NCBI GenBank assembly: GCA_001821395.1
Contig: MHLM01000014.1
Location: forward strand, 174,381-238,380
Length of the DNA: 64,000 bases
Direction of reading: 5' to 3'
Origin: Candidatus Lloydbacteria bacterium RIFCSPHIGHO2_02_FULL_50_18
GTDB taxonomy: Bacteria; Patescibacteriota; Minisyncoccia; Phycocordibacterales; UBA6899
A program made the translations under genes and the position numbers. The notes beneath the pieces were generated by a model. The model searched no databases. It was given only the letters and a program-made list of their open reading frames with translations, and was not told where the DNA came from. Each line of letters opens with the position of its first letter. Position 1 is the first letter of the stretch. Below, in pieces: positions 36,167 to 45,234 of this stretch.

Positions 36167-36838
36167 ATGTGGATTATTGCATTATTTGGAGGAAACAAAA
36201 TCCTCACCCATATGAAATCAAAGAAGAAGCCCGTAATAGAGCACAAAAGAAAGATACGAAACATAAGTGACTATGTTTATGACTGCCTCAACCGCCTGCG
36301 TGACCACGCTGACCTCATTTTATATCTTGGTAAACACAAGGACGACTTTGCCGGGGGTACACCAAAACAAAGCCTCTCTATAATTATTTCAATGATCGAC
36401 GTCTATTCAAGGGATGCCATTGTTATTTTCGGCACAATTTTTGATAAGAATAGGCAGACATCATCACTTTATACGATGGTTGACCACATAAAAGATGAGA
36501 AGAAGCGGAAGCGTTATCAGAAGAGGCTAGATAATATAAAAACATCTATAAATCAAATAGTCCGTGCCAGAGGAAATCAGGTTGGTCATTTCAATACAAA
36601 ACTGAATATCCACGACAACCACGACAATGGCTTTATTCATATCAACGGTGTTTTTCAGGTGGACCCACGCTTTACAAAAAAGATAGCAAATAGAATAGAG
36701 CGATTTTACTGGGATATTAGAGAAGAGCTTGGGGTTGAAGGAACTTTTGTTTTTCACAAAGGAGAACCAACCGCAAAGTCATTTGCCAGATTGGTCGGCA
36801 AGGCACCCAAGCGCTTGAGTGGTGGTATAAAAACTTAA
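36167..36838 (+). CDS. hypothetical protein, possible HEPN-like (Rx4-6H 'RGNQVGH')
   Basis: Start ambiguous (TTG 36161, ATG 36167 or ATG 36212). Low-GC. Helical, Lys-rich. Confidence 0.4.
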   Translation: MWIIALFGGNKILTHMKSKKKPVIEHKRKIRNISDYVYDCLNRLRDHADLILYLGKHKDDFAGGTPKQSLSIIISMIDVYSRDAIVIFGTIFDKNRQTSSLYTMVDHIKDEKKRKRYQKRLDNIKTSINQIVRARGNQVGHFNTKLNIHDNHDNGFIHINGVFQVDPRFTKKIANRIERFYWDIREELGVEGTFVFHKGEPTAKSFARLVGKAPKRLSGGIKT

Positions 36839-37015
36839 ACCTTGATACCCAATGTAGTGGGGTAGGGTGTGGGAATATAGATTGTCGCATCATTTAATCG
36901 TTCAAACACAGTTCTAACGTCCTCTACGACGCGACGGCTGGTCTTGGGCGAGTAAATAGACAGACGATATGCAAATTGCTAGGGTGGAGGCAGTTGTTCA
37001 ATACAAGGAGTTTTT

Positions 37016-37789
37016 ATGAGGCCATATATTGGTATTTGCGACTTTACCGCACCGGAACAAGCGCATCGCCTGCTCCAGTTGATCCCTCACGGATTTTCTC
37101 ATGACCTTATGGTCGGCGTGATGATGAGCTATAAAACGCTCAATAATCTTCCGACAAAATGGGCAAGGGTGTTTCCTGCGAAAAAGAATATTCGATCGAT
37201 CTTCGTCGATGATCCGCGCGTCTTGAATACCATTCATTATGCCGATTATGCCACAGGGGTTGATGCCGATCGACAGCTCGCGTATACGCTGGCCAAGGTG
37301 GAGATCTACGGCGGAGCGTGTCTTGGGGCGATCCAGCTCGATATGATCTGGCCGGATCCGGATGAGCTCAAGAAGTTTCGCGAGCACTGTAATATCCCCA
37401 TCATCCTGCAGGTTGGTGCGAATGCGATGCGCGAATGCGGCGATGACCCCATTGCAACCTGTGAGCGATTGAAGACGTATGGCACTACGATCAATGCCGT
37501 ACTTTTTGATAAAAGCATGGGTCGCGGGGTGGGGATGGATGCCGCGCTCTTGGCGAAGTATGCGGGAGTGCTTTCGTTCGACTGCCCGCATCTTGCACCC
37601 GCAGTGGCCGGGGGGCTTGGTCCGTCATCAATGGACCTCGTGGCACCGCTCATTCGAGCGTTTCCCGATCTTTCGATCGACGCACAGGGGCGGCTGCGTA
37701 AGAGCGGCAACATGAAAGACCCGATCGATTGGTCGATGGCGGAAGATTATTTCACGCAAGCGGTGGCACTGTTTTCCAAACAACCGTAA
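37016..37789 (+). CDS. TIM-barrel protein, phosphoribosylanthranilate isomerase (TrpF)-like
   Basis: 257 aa. 'GICDFT', 'IQLDM', 'VAGGLGPSS' resemble PRAI motifs. Good RBS (AAGGAG) and a downstream terminator. The overlapping minus-strand ORF was rejected. Confidence 0.5.
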   Translation: MRPYIGICDFTAPEQAHRLLQLIPHGFSHDLMVGVMMSYKTLNNLPTKWARVFPAKKNIRSIFVDDPRVLNTIHYADYATGVDADRQLAYTLAKVEIYGGACLGAIQLDMIWPDPDELKKFREHCNIPIILQVGANAMRECGDDPIATCERLKTYGTTINAVLFDKSMGRGVGMDAALLAKYAGVLSFDCPHLAPAVAGGLGPSSMDLVAPLIRAFPDLSIDAQGRLRKSGNMKDPIDWSMAEDYFTQAVALFSKQP

Positions 37790-37797
37790 TGACCCGA

Positions 37798-37828
37798 GGC
37801 CCCGCAGAAGCGGGGCCTTTCTTTTTTG
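37798..37828 (+). terminator. intrinsic terminator
   Basis: Stem ggccccgc/gcggggcc with loop agaa, then tttcttttttg. Confidence 0.7.
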
Positions 37829-37885
37829 AATAATGATCGATGAATGGTATACTCTTTCCGTATTATTGACGGTAATTTTTTAATC

Positions 37886-38599
37886 ATGAATCAAACAACG
37901 TGGATCATTGGGGGTGGAGTTGTCATCGTGGCAATCGCCGCATTGCTCTATTTATCAAGCGGAAGCGGTACACCAAAGACTGAGCCGACAACCATTCCCG
38001 CAGCGGAAATAACGGTAGACGATAAACCTATCGCAACCTCAACTTCGGTTGAAGCCCCAACGGATATTACTCGAACATCACAAGGAAATATGGAACAAAA
38101 AACAAATGAATCAAGCAGTGCGACACTGCACACAAGCATGGGCGACATCACGCTTAAATTTTACGCGAGTGATGCGCCAAAGACGGTCGAAAACTTTCTC
38201 AAACTTGCACAGTCGGGTTTTTATGACGGCGTGAAGTTTCACCGCGTGATTAAAGGATTCATGATCCAGACCGGTGACCCGCTTTCAAAGGATGACACGA
38301 TGATGTCACGATGGGGCACCGGTGGACCGGGGTACCAGTTTGCCGATGAAATCGTGCCCGCGAGTGCGCTCTATCAGAAAGGGTACAAGCATGGTGTTCT
38401 TGCCATGGCGAACTCCGGAGCAAATACGAACGGAAGCCAGTTCTTCATTATGGCTGCCGATTATCCGCTTCCACCGCTCTACACGATCTTCGGGGAGGTG
38501 ACGAGTGGGCTACCCGTTGTTGATGCGATAGACGCGGTGCCGACGTCACAGGACCGACCGCTTACTTCCGTGGTTATCAAGTCAGTCGAAGTCAAATAG
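37886..38599 (+). CDS. peptidyl-prolyl cis-trans isomerase, cyclophilin type, membrane-anchored
   Basis: N-terminal TM and linker, then 'FHRVIKGFMIQTGDP', 'GTGGPGYQFADE', 'LAMANSGANTNGSQFFI'. Confidence 0.85.
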   Translation: MNQTTWIIGGGVVIVAIAALLYLSSGSGTPKTEPTTIPAAEITVDDKPIATSTSVEAPTDITRTSQGNMEQKTNESSSATLHTSMGDITLKFYASDAPKTVENFLKLAQSGFYDGVKFHRVIKGFMIQTGDPLSKDDTMMSRWGTGGPGYQFADEIVPASALYQKGYKHGVLAMANSGANTNGSQFFIMAADYPLPPLYTIFGEVTSGLPVVDAIDAVPTSQDRPLTSVVIKSVEVK

Positions 38600-38729
38600 T
38601 TGGATTCCACGCAAATGGTGAACTTCTTTGTTGCGGGGCCCCTATGATTCGGTCACCATATAAGAATATGCCTTCCTCGTCACTTTCCCCGCGTCTCGAA
38701 TTTCATCCATTTGTATGAAATCCAGTCGA

Positions 38730-38761
38730 TAAAAAAAGACCCTGCAAAGGGTCTTTTTTTA
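38730..38761. terminator. bidirectional terminator
   Basis: Stem agaccct/agggtct with GCAA loop, A-run before and T-run after. Confidence 0.65.
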
Positions 38762-38768
38762 TATGATG

Positions 38769-38957
38769 TTATCGTTTCTTTGAAATGAGAAAGTGTGCCG
38801 CAAAATAGAGCAAGAGTCCCGGGAGTATCCCCGTAAGGACCATAAGGACGATGTAGCCGACACGGAGTATGCCGGGGCTGACTTCCATCCATTCACCTAA
38901 ACCTCCGAATATGCCGCTGGCAACCTTGGAGTCATCACTTTTATGCAGTTTTTTCAT
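38769..38957 (-). CDS. PspC-domain small membrane protein
   Basis: 'KVASGIFGGLGEWMEVSPGILRVGYIVL' matches PspC domain consensus. Confidence 0.7.
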   Translation of the reverse strand: MKKLHKSDDSKVASGIFGGLGEWMEVSPGILRVGYIVLMVLTGILPGLLLYFAAHFLISKKR

Positions 38958-38980
38958 ATGAGCTATTGTATCGCAGACGA

Positions 38981-39814
38981 TCAGCGAAATGCAAACTTCT
39001 TTTGCAGGCTTTTGAGAAAATAATTATCTTCAAACTCCGCAAAAGTGATGATATGTTTTGACTTCGTGACCTCGACGCGGTCTTTTTCGTGAAGAGGGAA
39101 GAGGTCCATATCATCGGCGGTAAGCACCGCATCAATGGGTTCATTGGTTTGTGTGATTGCGAGAATTCCTCTTTTGCGCACTTCGGTGATGTCGATGTAC
39201 ACGGTCTTTGTGTTTTTGAGGACAAGAGACGGTGTCGGAATATTGTGATCAAGCAACTCCGTGACAATCATGCAGTGCATGTCCGGAGTGACGATCGGCC
39301 CGTGCGCCGAGAGATTGTATGCGGTAGAACCGGTCGGAGTCGCGATGATCACCCCCGAGCCGTGTACATATTGGAGCGGATGCCCATCAACGGATATCGT
39401 CATTCTGATCGTACCCATGATGCCTTGCGCGGTGACTTCATTCAGGCAGTCGGTGGTGTGGACGAGGGCTCCGCCGCGAAATACTTTTGCGGTAAGCATC
39501 ATGCGATGTGTCGTGACGAACGATCCTGAAAGGAGGGCGTCAACTGCACCGATGAATTGATCCGGTCTTCGAGCGGATGCTAAAAAACCGACATGACCAA
39601 GATTAAGACCGAGGAATATCGGTGCGTTTTTTTGAAAGTATCGTGCGCTTTCCAGTATCGTTCCGTCACCGCCGAGGGTGATCACAAAATTGGGTTTTTC
39701 CGTTACGATCAGAACACGCGGATGGTGTGCGGCGATGTGTGCGATGATCTTCTTTTTCCAGTTCAGTGCGCGCCGGTTGTCGGCTCGGCAAAATAGTGCG
39801 ACTCGTGTTTTCAT
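38981..39814 (-). CDS. nadK: NAD(+) kinase
   Basis: 'FVITLGGDGTILESARYF' GGDG motif, 'DGHPLQYVHGSGVIIATPTGSTAY' NADK motif. Confidence 0.85.
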   Translation of the reverse strand: MKTRVALFCRADNRRALNWKKKIIAHIAAHHPRVLIVTEKPNFVITLGGDGTILESARYFQKNAPIFLGLNLGHVGFLASARRPDQFIGAVDALLSGSFVTTHRMMLTAKVFRGGALVHTTDCLNEVTAQGIMGTIRMTISVDGHPLQYVHGSGVIIATPTGSTAYNLSAHGPIVTPDMHCMIVTELLDHNIPTPSLVLKNTKTVYIDITEVRKRGILAITQTNEPIDAVLTADDMDLFPLHEKDRVEVTKSKHIITFAEFEDNYFLKSLQKKFAFR

Positions 39815-39911
39815 GGTCTGGTCATTTTTGTTGCAAGAATAATGTTGAAGAGCGACATGAAGCGATCATGTGGTCTTAGACGGATCGCATCAAACGATAA
39901 TGGATACAGGA

Positions 39912-41204
39912 TTAGTCGCCACGGTCAGTATCTGCGTCATGTTCGTTTTCCAGTACGTACGCAGTGATGGGCTTCTTGCCTCTTTCACTCAACTGTTCAT
40001 GATGTGTGTTGCTACGCAGTGCGGAATAGATCCCGCCGGTCAGTCGTTGAAAATCGATCGCCAGTGCCTGCAGCTGTTGCGCAGCTGCAGCGACCTGTTG
40101 ATTCGCGGCACTTTGTTGTTGTGCCGATGCGGAAAGCTGCTCGGAGCTTTCGGAATTTTGGACGGCAACGCTCGCGATCGCGTCCATGCTTTCCGCAATA
40201 TGCTTCACAAGCGTCGTTTGCTTCTCTGTTCGCTCGGAGATCTCTTTGATGCGCGCAGAGAGTTTCTGGATCGCGCCGGACATGTTTTGCAGATCGACGA
40301 GCGATTCGTTCACTACTTTTGCATTTTCGTCGGCGTGTTCGAGCCCCTTTTCTGCTGCGAGCACGGTGTCGCCTATTTGCAGTAGCATGATCTCAACTTG
40401 CCCCTTTATTTCTTCTGCTGCGCCGGCTGATTGCTCTGCAAGCTTTCGGATCTCGTCAGCGACGACGGAGAAACCTCGTCCCGCGTCTCCTGCACGTGCC
40501 GCTTCGATCGCGGCATTCAATGAAAGAAGGTTTGTTTGCTCGGCGATCTTTGTGATCGTATCAACAATGGTACGGATCTCACGAGAGCGGTTGCCTGTCG
40601 TACGTGCGATCACCGCGGTGTCGGTGGTCATTTTTCTGATCTGGTCGAGACTTTTTTGCGATTGCTCTCCCTTCGCACCTGCTTGTTGTGTGACCTGAGA
40701 GACTTCTTTCGCCATGAGTGATGCCTCCTCTGCGGTAACGAGCATTTCATGCGCTCCACCCGCCAGCTCAGCGATCGAGCGTGCGATAGACTCCGCTTGG
40801 GTCGATTGGGTCACGGCCCCTTGGGCAACTTGTTCTGCAATACCCGCATTGTTTTGCGCTGCTGCGGCGACCTGCTGGGATGTTGCGGCGAGCGATGATC
40901 CCGCTTGAGATATCTGGTCGCCTGCATTACGAAGCGGAATAAAAAGCCAGCGGAGGTTCATCGTTGCCAAAAAAAGCGAGAATGCCATGAGTCCGAGGAA
41001 AAGAATGAGCGCAATGCCAAAATTGAGTGCATGAGTGCCGTAGAGGTATCCTGTGAATGCGACCAAGATGATCGGCACAACGATGCCGAATAGGAGTTGT
41101 ATCGTCACCTTGCGCGCACCGGTTGCACTGGTGAAAAATGAGCTTACTGTTGCCATTTGTTCATCATAGCAGATAGCGCGATTGTCTGCTTTCTGTTTAT
41201 GCAC
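39912..41204 (-). CDS. methyl-accepting chemotaxis protein (short, 2 TM)
   Basis: Highly conserved MCP signalling region '[34 protein letters not shown]'. Start ambiguous (GTG at 41204 or ATG at 41156). Confidence 0.8.
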   Translation of the reverse strand: MHKQKADNRAICYDEQMATVSSFFTSATGARKVTIQLLFGIVVPIILVAFTGYLYGTHALNFGIALILFLGLMAFSLFLATMNLRWLFIPLRNAGDQISQAGSSLAATSQQVAAAAQNNAGIAEQVAQGAVTQSTQAESIARSIAELAGGAHEMLVTAEEASLMAKEVSQVTQQAGAKGEQSQKSLDQIRKMTTDTAVIARTTGNRSREIRTIVDTITKIAEQTNLLSLNAAIEAARAGDAGRGFSVVADEIRKLAEQSAGAAEEIKGQVEIMLLQIGDTVLAAEKGLEHADENAKVVNESLVDLQNMSGAIQKLSARIKEISERTEKQTTLVKHIAESMDAIASVAVQNSESSEQLSASAQQQSAANQQVAAAAQQLQALAIDFQRLTGGIYSALRSNTHHEQLSERGKKPITAYVLENEHDADTDRGD

Positions 41205-41245
41205 AAAAAACCCGCCGGAAGTGGCGGGGTGAGCTGTTGCTTTTC

Positions 41246-41806
41246 TTATGCGTTTGACGCTCTCCAGACGTCGATATGGTGCACGATCTTTTCCAGAGTA
41301 TTCGCGAGATCGATGTTTTGCACATAGAGTGCAAATTCATGCCGAAGGCGAATTTCCGAATTTCGCGTTTTCATGCGTTTGGCGATCATCATCTTATCAT
41401 CACCTCGTGCAACGAGCCGCCGCAACAGCTCCTTTTTCGGTGCATCGACGAAAATCGTTCGTGCGTCCGGGTATTGCTGAAGGATTGCATGTGCGCCGAA
41501 CGGGTCCATGATGGAAATGACGAGATCGTGGCGGTTTCGTGCGTCGGCGAGGTCGAGATGTCGCGTGCCGTAAAGAAATCCATGCACGTTCATGTGTTCG
41601 ATGAATTCGCCAAGCGCGAGTCGTTGTTCGAATTCTTCCGTTGAGAAAAAATGATAGGCGATACCGTCCACCTCACCCGGCCGCGGTGGTCGGGTCGTTG
41701 AGGTCACGACCTTTCCTGAATCGGGAAAATGCGCGCGTATGCCTTTTGTCAGAACATCTTTTCCGGCACCCGATGCACCGGTGATGATCACCCATGTATG
41801 GAACAT
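41246..41806 (-). CDS. gmk: guanylate kinase
   Basis: '[10 protein letters not shown]' P-loop and '[17 protein letters not shown]' GMP-binding signature. RBS AGGAGG. Confidence 0.8.
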   Translation of the reverse strand: MFHTWVIITGASGAGKDVLTKGIRAHFPDSGKVVTSTTRPPRPGEVDGIAYHFFSTEEFEQRLALGEFIEHMNVHGFLYGTRHLDLADARNRHDLVISIMDPFGAHAILQQYPDARTIFVDAPKKELLRRLVARGDDKMMIAKRMKTRNSEIRLRHEFALYVQNIDLANTLEKIVHHIDVWRASNA

Positions 41807-42075
41807 TTTTGACCTCCTAGGGTACAGATACTTCTGCCTCCGTTATAGCGTGAGGGCACACTGGCCGCTACTTGCAAAGTTGCGCTTAGTGTTCCATAAT
41901 TATGTCAGTAGGCAATAAGGAACAGTCGTTCATTGCCAGTCCGAGAAATAACAGACTTCAGCCTCCCCGCATGCGTGAGAGCGGTTCTTTCATATCCGGG
42001 GAGGGTCGGGATACGCTTAGTGATCCCAGGTCTTGTTGTCGAACAAGATATCTCTCCCTTAAACGAACAAAAGCT

Positions 42076-42231
42076 ATGGGTATCTTTCGCGCAATAGGCT
42101 TGGGTCTCACGATCGTCATTCTGAAGCTTCTTCTCCCGGACGTGATGTCCGGATTTGAGGGAACCCTCGCTCAGTTCTTTGGACTCACCGAGACGATATT
42201 GTCGAACGTGCAGTCGAACATCGCCGGGTGA
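42076..42231 (+). CDS. possible small hydrophobic protein (51 aa)
   Basis: ORF MGIFRAIGLGLTIVILKLLLPD..., followed by a hairpin terminator at 42253-42289. Weak RBS. Antisense to flanking genes. Confidence 0.2.
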   Translation: MGIFRAIGLGLTIVILKLLLPDVMSGFEGTLAQFFGLTETILSNVQSNIAG

Positions 42232-42252
42232 GCAGCAGTTCTTTCTCAATTC

Positions 42253-42289
42253 AAAACCCGCCACTCTTAGGAGTATGGCGGGTTTTTTG
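42253..42289. terminator. terminator hairpin (bidirectional)
   Basis: Stem aacccgcca/tggcgggtt with 12-nt loop, TTTTTTG after. On the minus strand it lies just downstream of the 42314-42844 gene. Confidence 0.55.
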
Positions 42290-42313
42290 CTCCCGCTTAC
42301 GCATTCCCGCGCA

Positions 42314-42844
42314 TCAGAATTCAAAGATATGCTTTGAAGCCGGAACGATGTTTGCCCCGATGACGTTGTTGGGGTAGAGGTCATAGAGAATACGGATCAC
42401 TCCGCGATGGGTGACGAGCATGACGCTGGACTCTTTCTTTGTTTTGAGCGATTCGACGAATTCCCGCACCCGCTTCGTGACCTCCTCGACCGATTCACCC
42501 CCGTAGGGTCGGTAATCGTAGTGACCCTCAAGGTCGTCCAAGATGATCTGCTGGTCAACCTCACAGCGTGGTTTATCAGACAATGTACCGAAGTTGCGCT
42601 CCCGAATTTCCGGAACAGTGACGATGGGTACCTGAAAACGCTTATTTAATATTTGTGCTGTTTCCTGTGTACGTACGAGGGGGGATGCATAGATGACCTC
42701 AGGAGATATCAATAGGTCCTTGCTGAGTTGCTCTACCATCGTTTGCCCCGCAGCGTTCAGCGGGAGGTTCACGCCCTCCGACCCCTGCAGCCTGTTCTCT
42801 TTATTGAGATCGGTCTCTCCGTGACGTATGACGATGAGTTTCAT
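42314..42844 (-). CDS. histidine phosphatase family protein (phosphoglycerate mutase-like)
   Basis: 'KLIVIRHGETDLN' RHG motif and a C-terminal His region 'LVTHRGVIR'. Confidence 0.8.
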   Translation of the reverse strand: MKLIVIRHGETDLNKENRLQGSEGVNLPLNAAGQTMVEQLSKDLLISPEVIYASPLVRTQETAQILNKRFQVPIVTVPEIRERNFGTLSDKPRCEVDQQIILDDLEGHYDYRPYGGESVEEVTKRVREFVESLKTKKESSVMLVTHRGVIRILYDLYPNNVIGANIVPASKHIFEF

Positions 42845-42910
42845 GAGATCAGTATAGCATCTTGAAAAACAAAAAACGCGGGGCTAGCCGCGCTTAGTTC
42901 ATTCGGGTTT

Positions 42911-43063
42911 TTAGTCCCAAATTGCTCCCGTGACAAGAAGTGCGCCAATAACCATCCCTCCAGCGCCTCCTCCGCTCAGTATGTCGAACGAATGAAACAT
43001 GTAGCAGAGTACTACGGTTCCCGCCCAAATCGCTACGGTAGCCAGCCCCTTCCCATTGCTCAT
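42911..43063 (-). CDS. tiny 2-TM membrane protein (50 aa), not in the ORF track
   Basis: MSNGKGLATVAIWAGTVVLCYMFHSFDILSGGGAGGMVIGALLVTGAIWD. GAGGG RBS 8 nt upstream. Below the 60-aa track cutoff. Confidence 0.35.
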   Translation of the reverse strand: MSNGKGLATVAIWAGTVVLCYMFHSFDILSGGGAGGMVIGALLVTGAIWD

Positions 43064-43142
43064 TGTAATCGCCCTCGAAGAAGAATCCGAATATTATTCT
43101 CTATCTATTTGCAAAAATGTCAAGTTCGCGTAGTCTTACTGC

Positions 43143-44435
43143 ATGCAAAAAGTATTCACGATGAAGGCGGAACGGATCGCGCACGACGGCGCGGCAGAAG
43201 GACTCTATGAAGGTGGTGCAGTGCGCGTGCACGGTATGCTTCCCGGCGAAGAGGCGATCATTGAGGCGACAAAGAAACATGGCATATACATTGGGGTCAT
43301 AAAGGAGATCATTTCGGGCTCACCGTCCCGCAAGAATCCCGAGGAGACGCATTATCTTTCCTGCAGTCCGTGGCAGATCGCAGACTATGCGCTGCAGATC
43401 GCGCTCAAGCATGAGATACTCGTATCGCTGTGGGGCTATTATGACAATGCGCCAAAGCCGACATTCGTTCCCGCGGATAAATTTTACGGTTACCGCACCA
43501 AAGTTGAGTTCAGTTTTACCGACAGGGACGGGGACAGAGAACTCCCTCTTTCGTTAGCTTTCCATGAGCGTGGAGGGGGAAGCAGGAGACTTGCCCTCGA
43601 GAAGGGTTGTGCGCTCGTATCCGACGGAATGAATCGTGTCGCTCTTGCTCTCTGTGAAAAGTTGAGAGCAGAGGAGTATACGACAAAAGAGCTAAAGACG
43701 CTCGTGGTGCGCGAAAGTAAGTCAACCGGAAAACTCCTCGCGATACTCTATGCCAAGGCTGAGAAGCTCCCGAAATTTCCCGTGGACGATATACCGGGGC
43801 TCACCGGATTCCTTGTTTTTCATTCGACGGAAAAATCTCCCGCATCGGTGCCGACCAAAGAGTTGTGGCGAACGGGAGAGGACTTTCTGCATGAATCGAT
43901 CCTAGGAACGGAGATCACATATTCGTGGGACTCTTTTTTTCAAAATAATATCCCGGTTTTTGAGACTGCAATGAAAGTAATGCAGGATGCCATACCTCCG
44001 AATGCGAATATTCTCGAACTGTATTCGGGTGTCGGGACGATCGGACTGTTGCTGGCTAAAGTGGCGAAGCACGTGCACGGAGTGGAAATCGTCCAAGGTG
44101 CGGTGGATTCGGCAGGGCGCAATGCGGAGCGGGCGAAGCTTGCGAATTATGTCGCTGAATGTATCCCCGCAGAGAAGATGGATGCGCGTCTCCTTGATAA
44201 GCGCGACGTGCTCGTACTTGATCCGCCACGTTCCGGACTTCATCCGAAGGTGATCGGTATGATCATTGAAAAGAGGCCGCCAACGATCGTCTATTTGTCC
44301 TGTAATCCCGAGACGCAGGCGCGTGATTATTCGTCCCTTAAAGAGTACTACACCGTAGAGCGGATTACGGGTTTTGACTTTTATCCTGAAACGCCACACT
44401 TGGAAGCGTTGGCGATATTGAAATTAAGAGCGTAA
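43143..44435 (+). CDS. 23S rRNA (uracil-5-)-methyltransferase RumA/RlmD family (TRAM plus class I SAM MTase)
   Basis: N-terminal TRAM-like region. 'LELYSGVGTIGL' SAM motif I, 'VLDPPRSGLHP', 'VYLSCNPETQARD' catalytic Cys region. Confidence 0.85.
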   Translation: MQKVFTMKAERIAHDGAAEGLYEGGAVRVHGMLPGEEAIIEATKKHGIYIGVIKEIISGSPSRKNPEETHYLSCSPWQIADYALQIALKHEILVSLWGYYDNAPKPTFVPADKFYGYRTKVEFSFTDRDGDRELPLSLAFHERGGGSRRLALEKGCALVSDGMNRVALALCEKLRAEEYTTKELKTLVVRESKSTGKLLAILYAKAEKLPKFPVDDIPGLTGFLVFHSTEKSPASVPTKELWRTGEDFLHESILGTEITYSWDSFFQNNIPVFETAMKVMQDAIPPNANILELYSGVGTIGLLLAKVAKHVHGVEIVQGAVDSAGRNAERAKLANYVAECIPAEKMDARLLDKRDVLVLDPPRSGLHPKVIGMIIEKRPPTIVYLSCNPETQARDYSSLKEYYTVERITGFDFYPETPHLEALAILKLRA

Positions 44436-44452
44436 TAAGGTAGATTGTCCCC

Positions 44453-44533
44453 ATGGCAAATAAAAAAGAAAAAGCATCTCAGCGCAAGAAGTCACATCGC
44501 GCAGGGAAGGAGGTCAGCGCCCGACATCGCTAA
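44453..44533 (+). CDS. possible small basic peptide (26 aa)
   Basis: MANKKEKASQRKKSHRAGKEVSARHR, between the methyltransferase stop and a strong terminator. Could be noise. Confidence 0.15.
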   Translation: MANKKEKASQRKKSHRAGKEVSARHR

Positions 44534-44542
44534 GCATCAGAC

Positions 44543-44576
44543 TAAAAAAAGACCCGCTTAGGCGGGTCTTTTTTGT
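44543..44576. terminator. bidirectional terminator
   Basis: Stem agacccgc/gcgggtct with loop ttag, A-run before and T-run after. Confidence 0.7.
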
Positions 44577-44582
44577 TTTGGT

Positions 44583-45182
44583 CTATTCGAGTACTTGATC
44601 CGGCTTGCGCTCTTTTTTGAATACGATCGGTGCGTCAAGAAATCGCTCCCATTCTTTTATTGCGTAGACAAGCTCGAGATTCTTGAAAGCGAGGAGTGAA
44701 AGGGCCTCCCACAGGAAGACCCAGCCGCCAATGAAGAGGCCCTGGCCAAAAATACCAAAAAGCACGTTAGCTTCGAGTGCGCGTTCGAACGTTACTGCAA
44801 TCGCGAGGAAGGCTGCGCCGAACATGAAGTATTTTAATGCGCTCTTACGTGAGGCTTTGAGTTCTTTCTCCGCAAGGTAGTGGTTGAATTGAAAAAAATT
44901 GCGCAAACCCTCCTCGCATTTTAGCTGTTTCTCCGGATCGATCTCCGCTTTGGGGATGAAAAAAGCGATCGCGATCTTGTGTCGGATCGATATCTCCTCG
45001 GAGCATTCTTCGAGAAATGTGCGCAGGTCCGGATCGATCGCACGACGCTTGAATGGAGCGGGGTCCCATTCACTGAACATATCCTCATAGTTATCGAGAG
45101 CAACCTCTATCATGAGTCTGTTTGTGTCTTCGAATTTACGATATATTTGAGCGGTTTTCGTCTTTTTTGTATTGCCTGCCAT
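44583..45182 (-). CDS. hypothetical protein with C-terminal hydrophobic region
   Basis: 199 aa, no family recognised. Confidence 0.45.
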   Translation of the reverse strand: MAGNTKKTKTAQIYRKFEDTNRLMIEVALDNYEDMFSEWDPAPFKRRAIDPDLRTFLEECSEEISIRHKIAIAFFIPKAEIDPEKQLKCEEGLRNFFQFNHYLAEKELKASRKSALKYFMFGAAFLAIAVTFERALEANVLFGIFGQGLFIGGWVFLWEALSLLAFKNLELVYAIKEWERFLDAPIVFKKERKPDQVLE

Positions 45183-45234
45183 TCGCGCATTTTACCACAC
45201 GTGCGGTGATTGGCGACAGGTTTCAGAAGCCCCG

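Noticed and set aside
36998-37591. 197-aa minus-strand ORF overlapping the TrpF-like gene
   Set aside because: The plus-strand ORF is longer, has an AAGGAG RBS and a downstream intrinsic terminator, and shows TIM-barrel/PRAI-like motifs. The minus-strand ORF has none of these.
41905-42384. 159-aa minus-strand and 109-aa plus-strand ORFs in the gmk-phosphatase gap
   Set aside because: Low-complexity, overlapping each other, no RBS. Only the terminal 51 codons of the plus-strand ORF were kept, as a low-confidence small protein.
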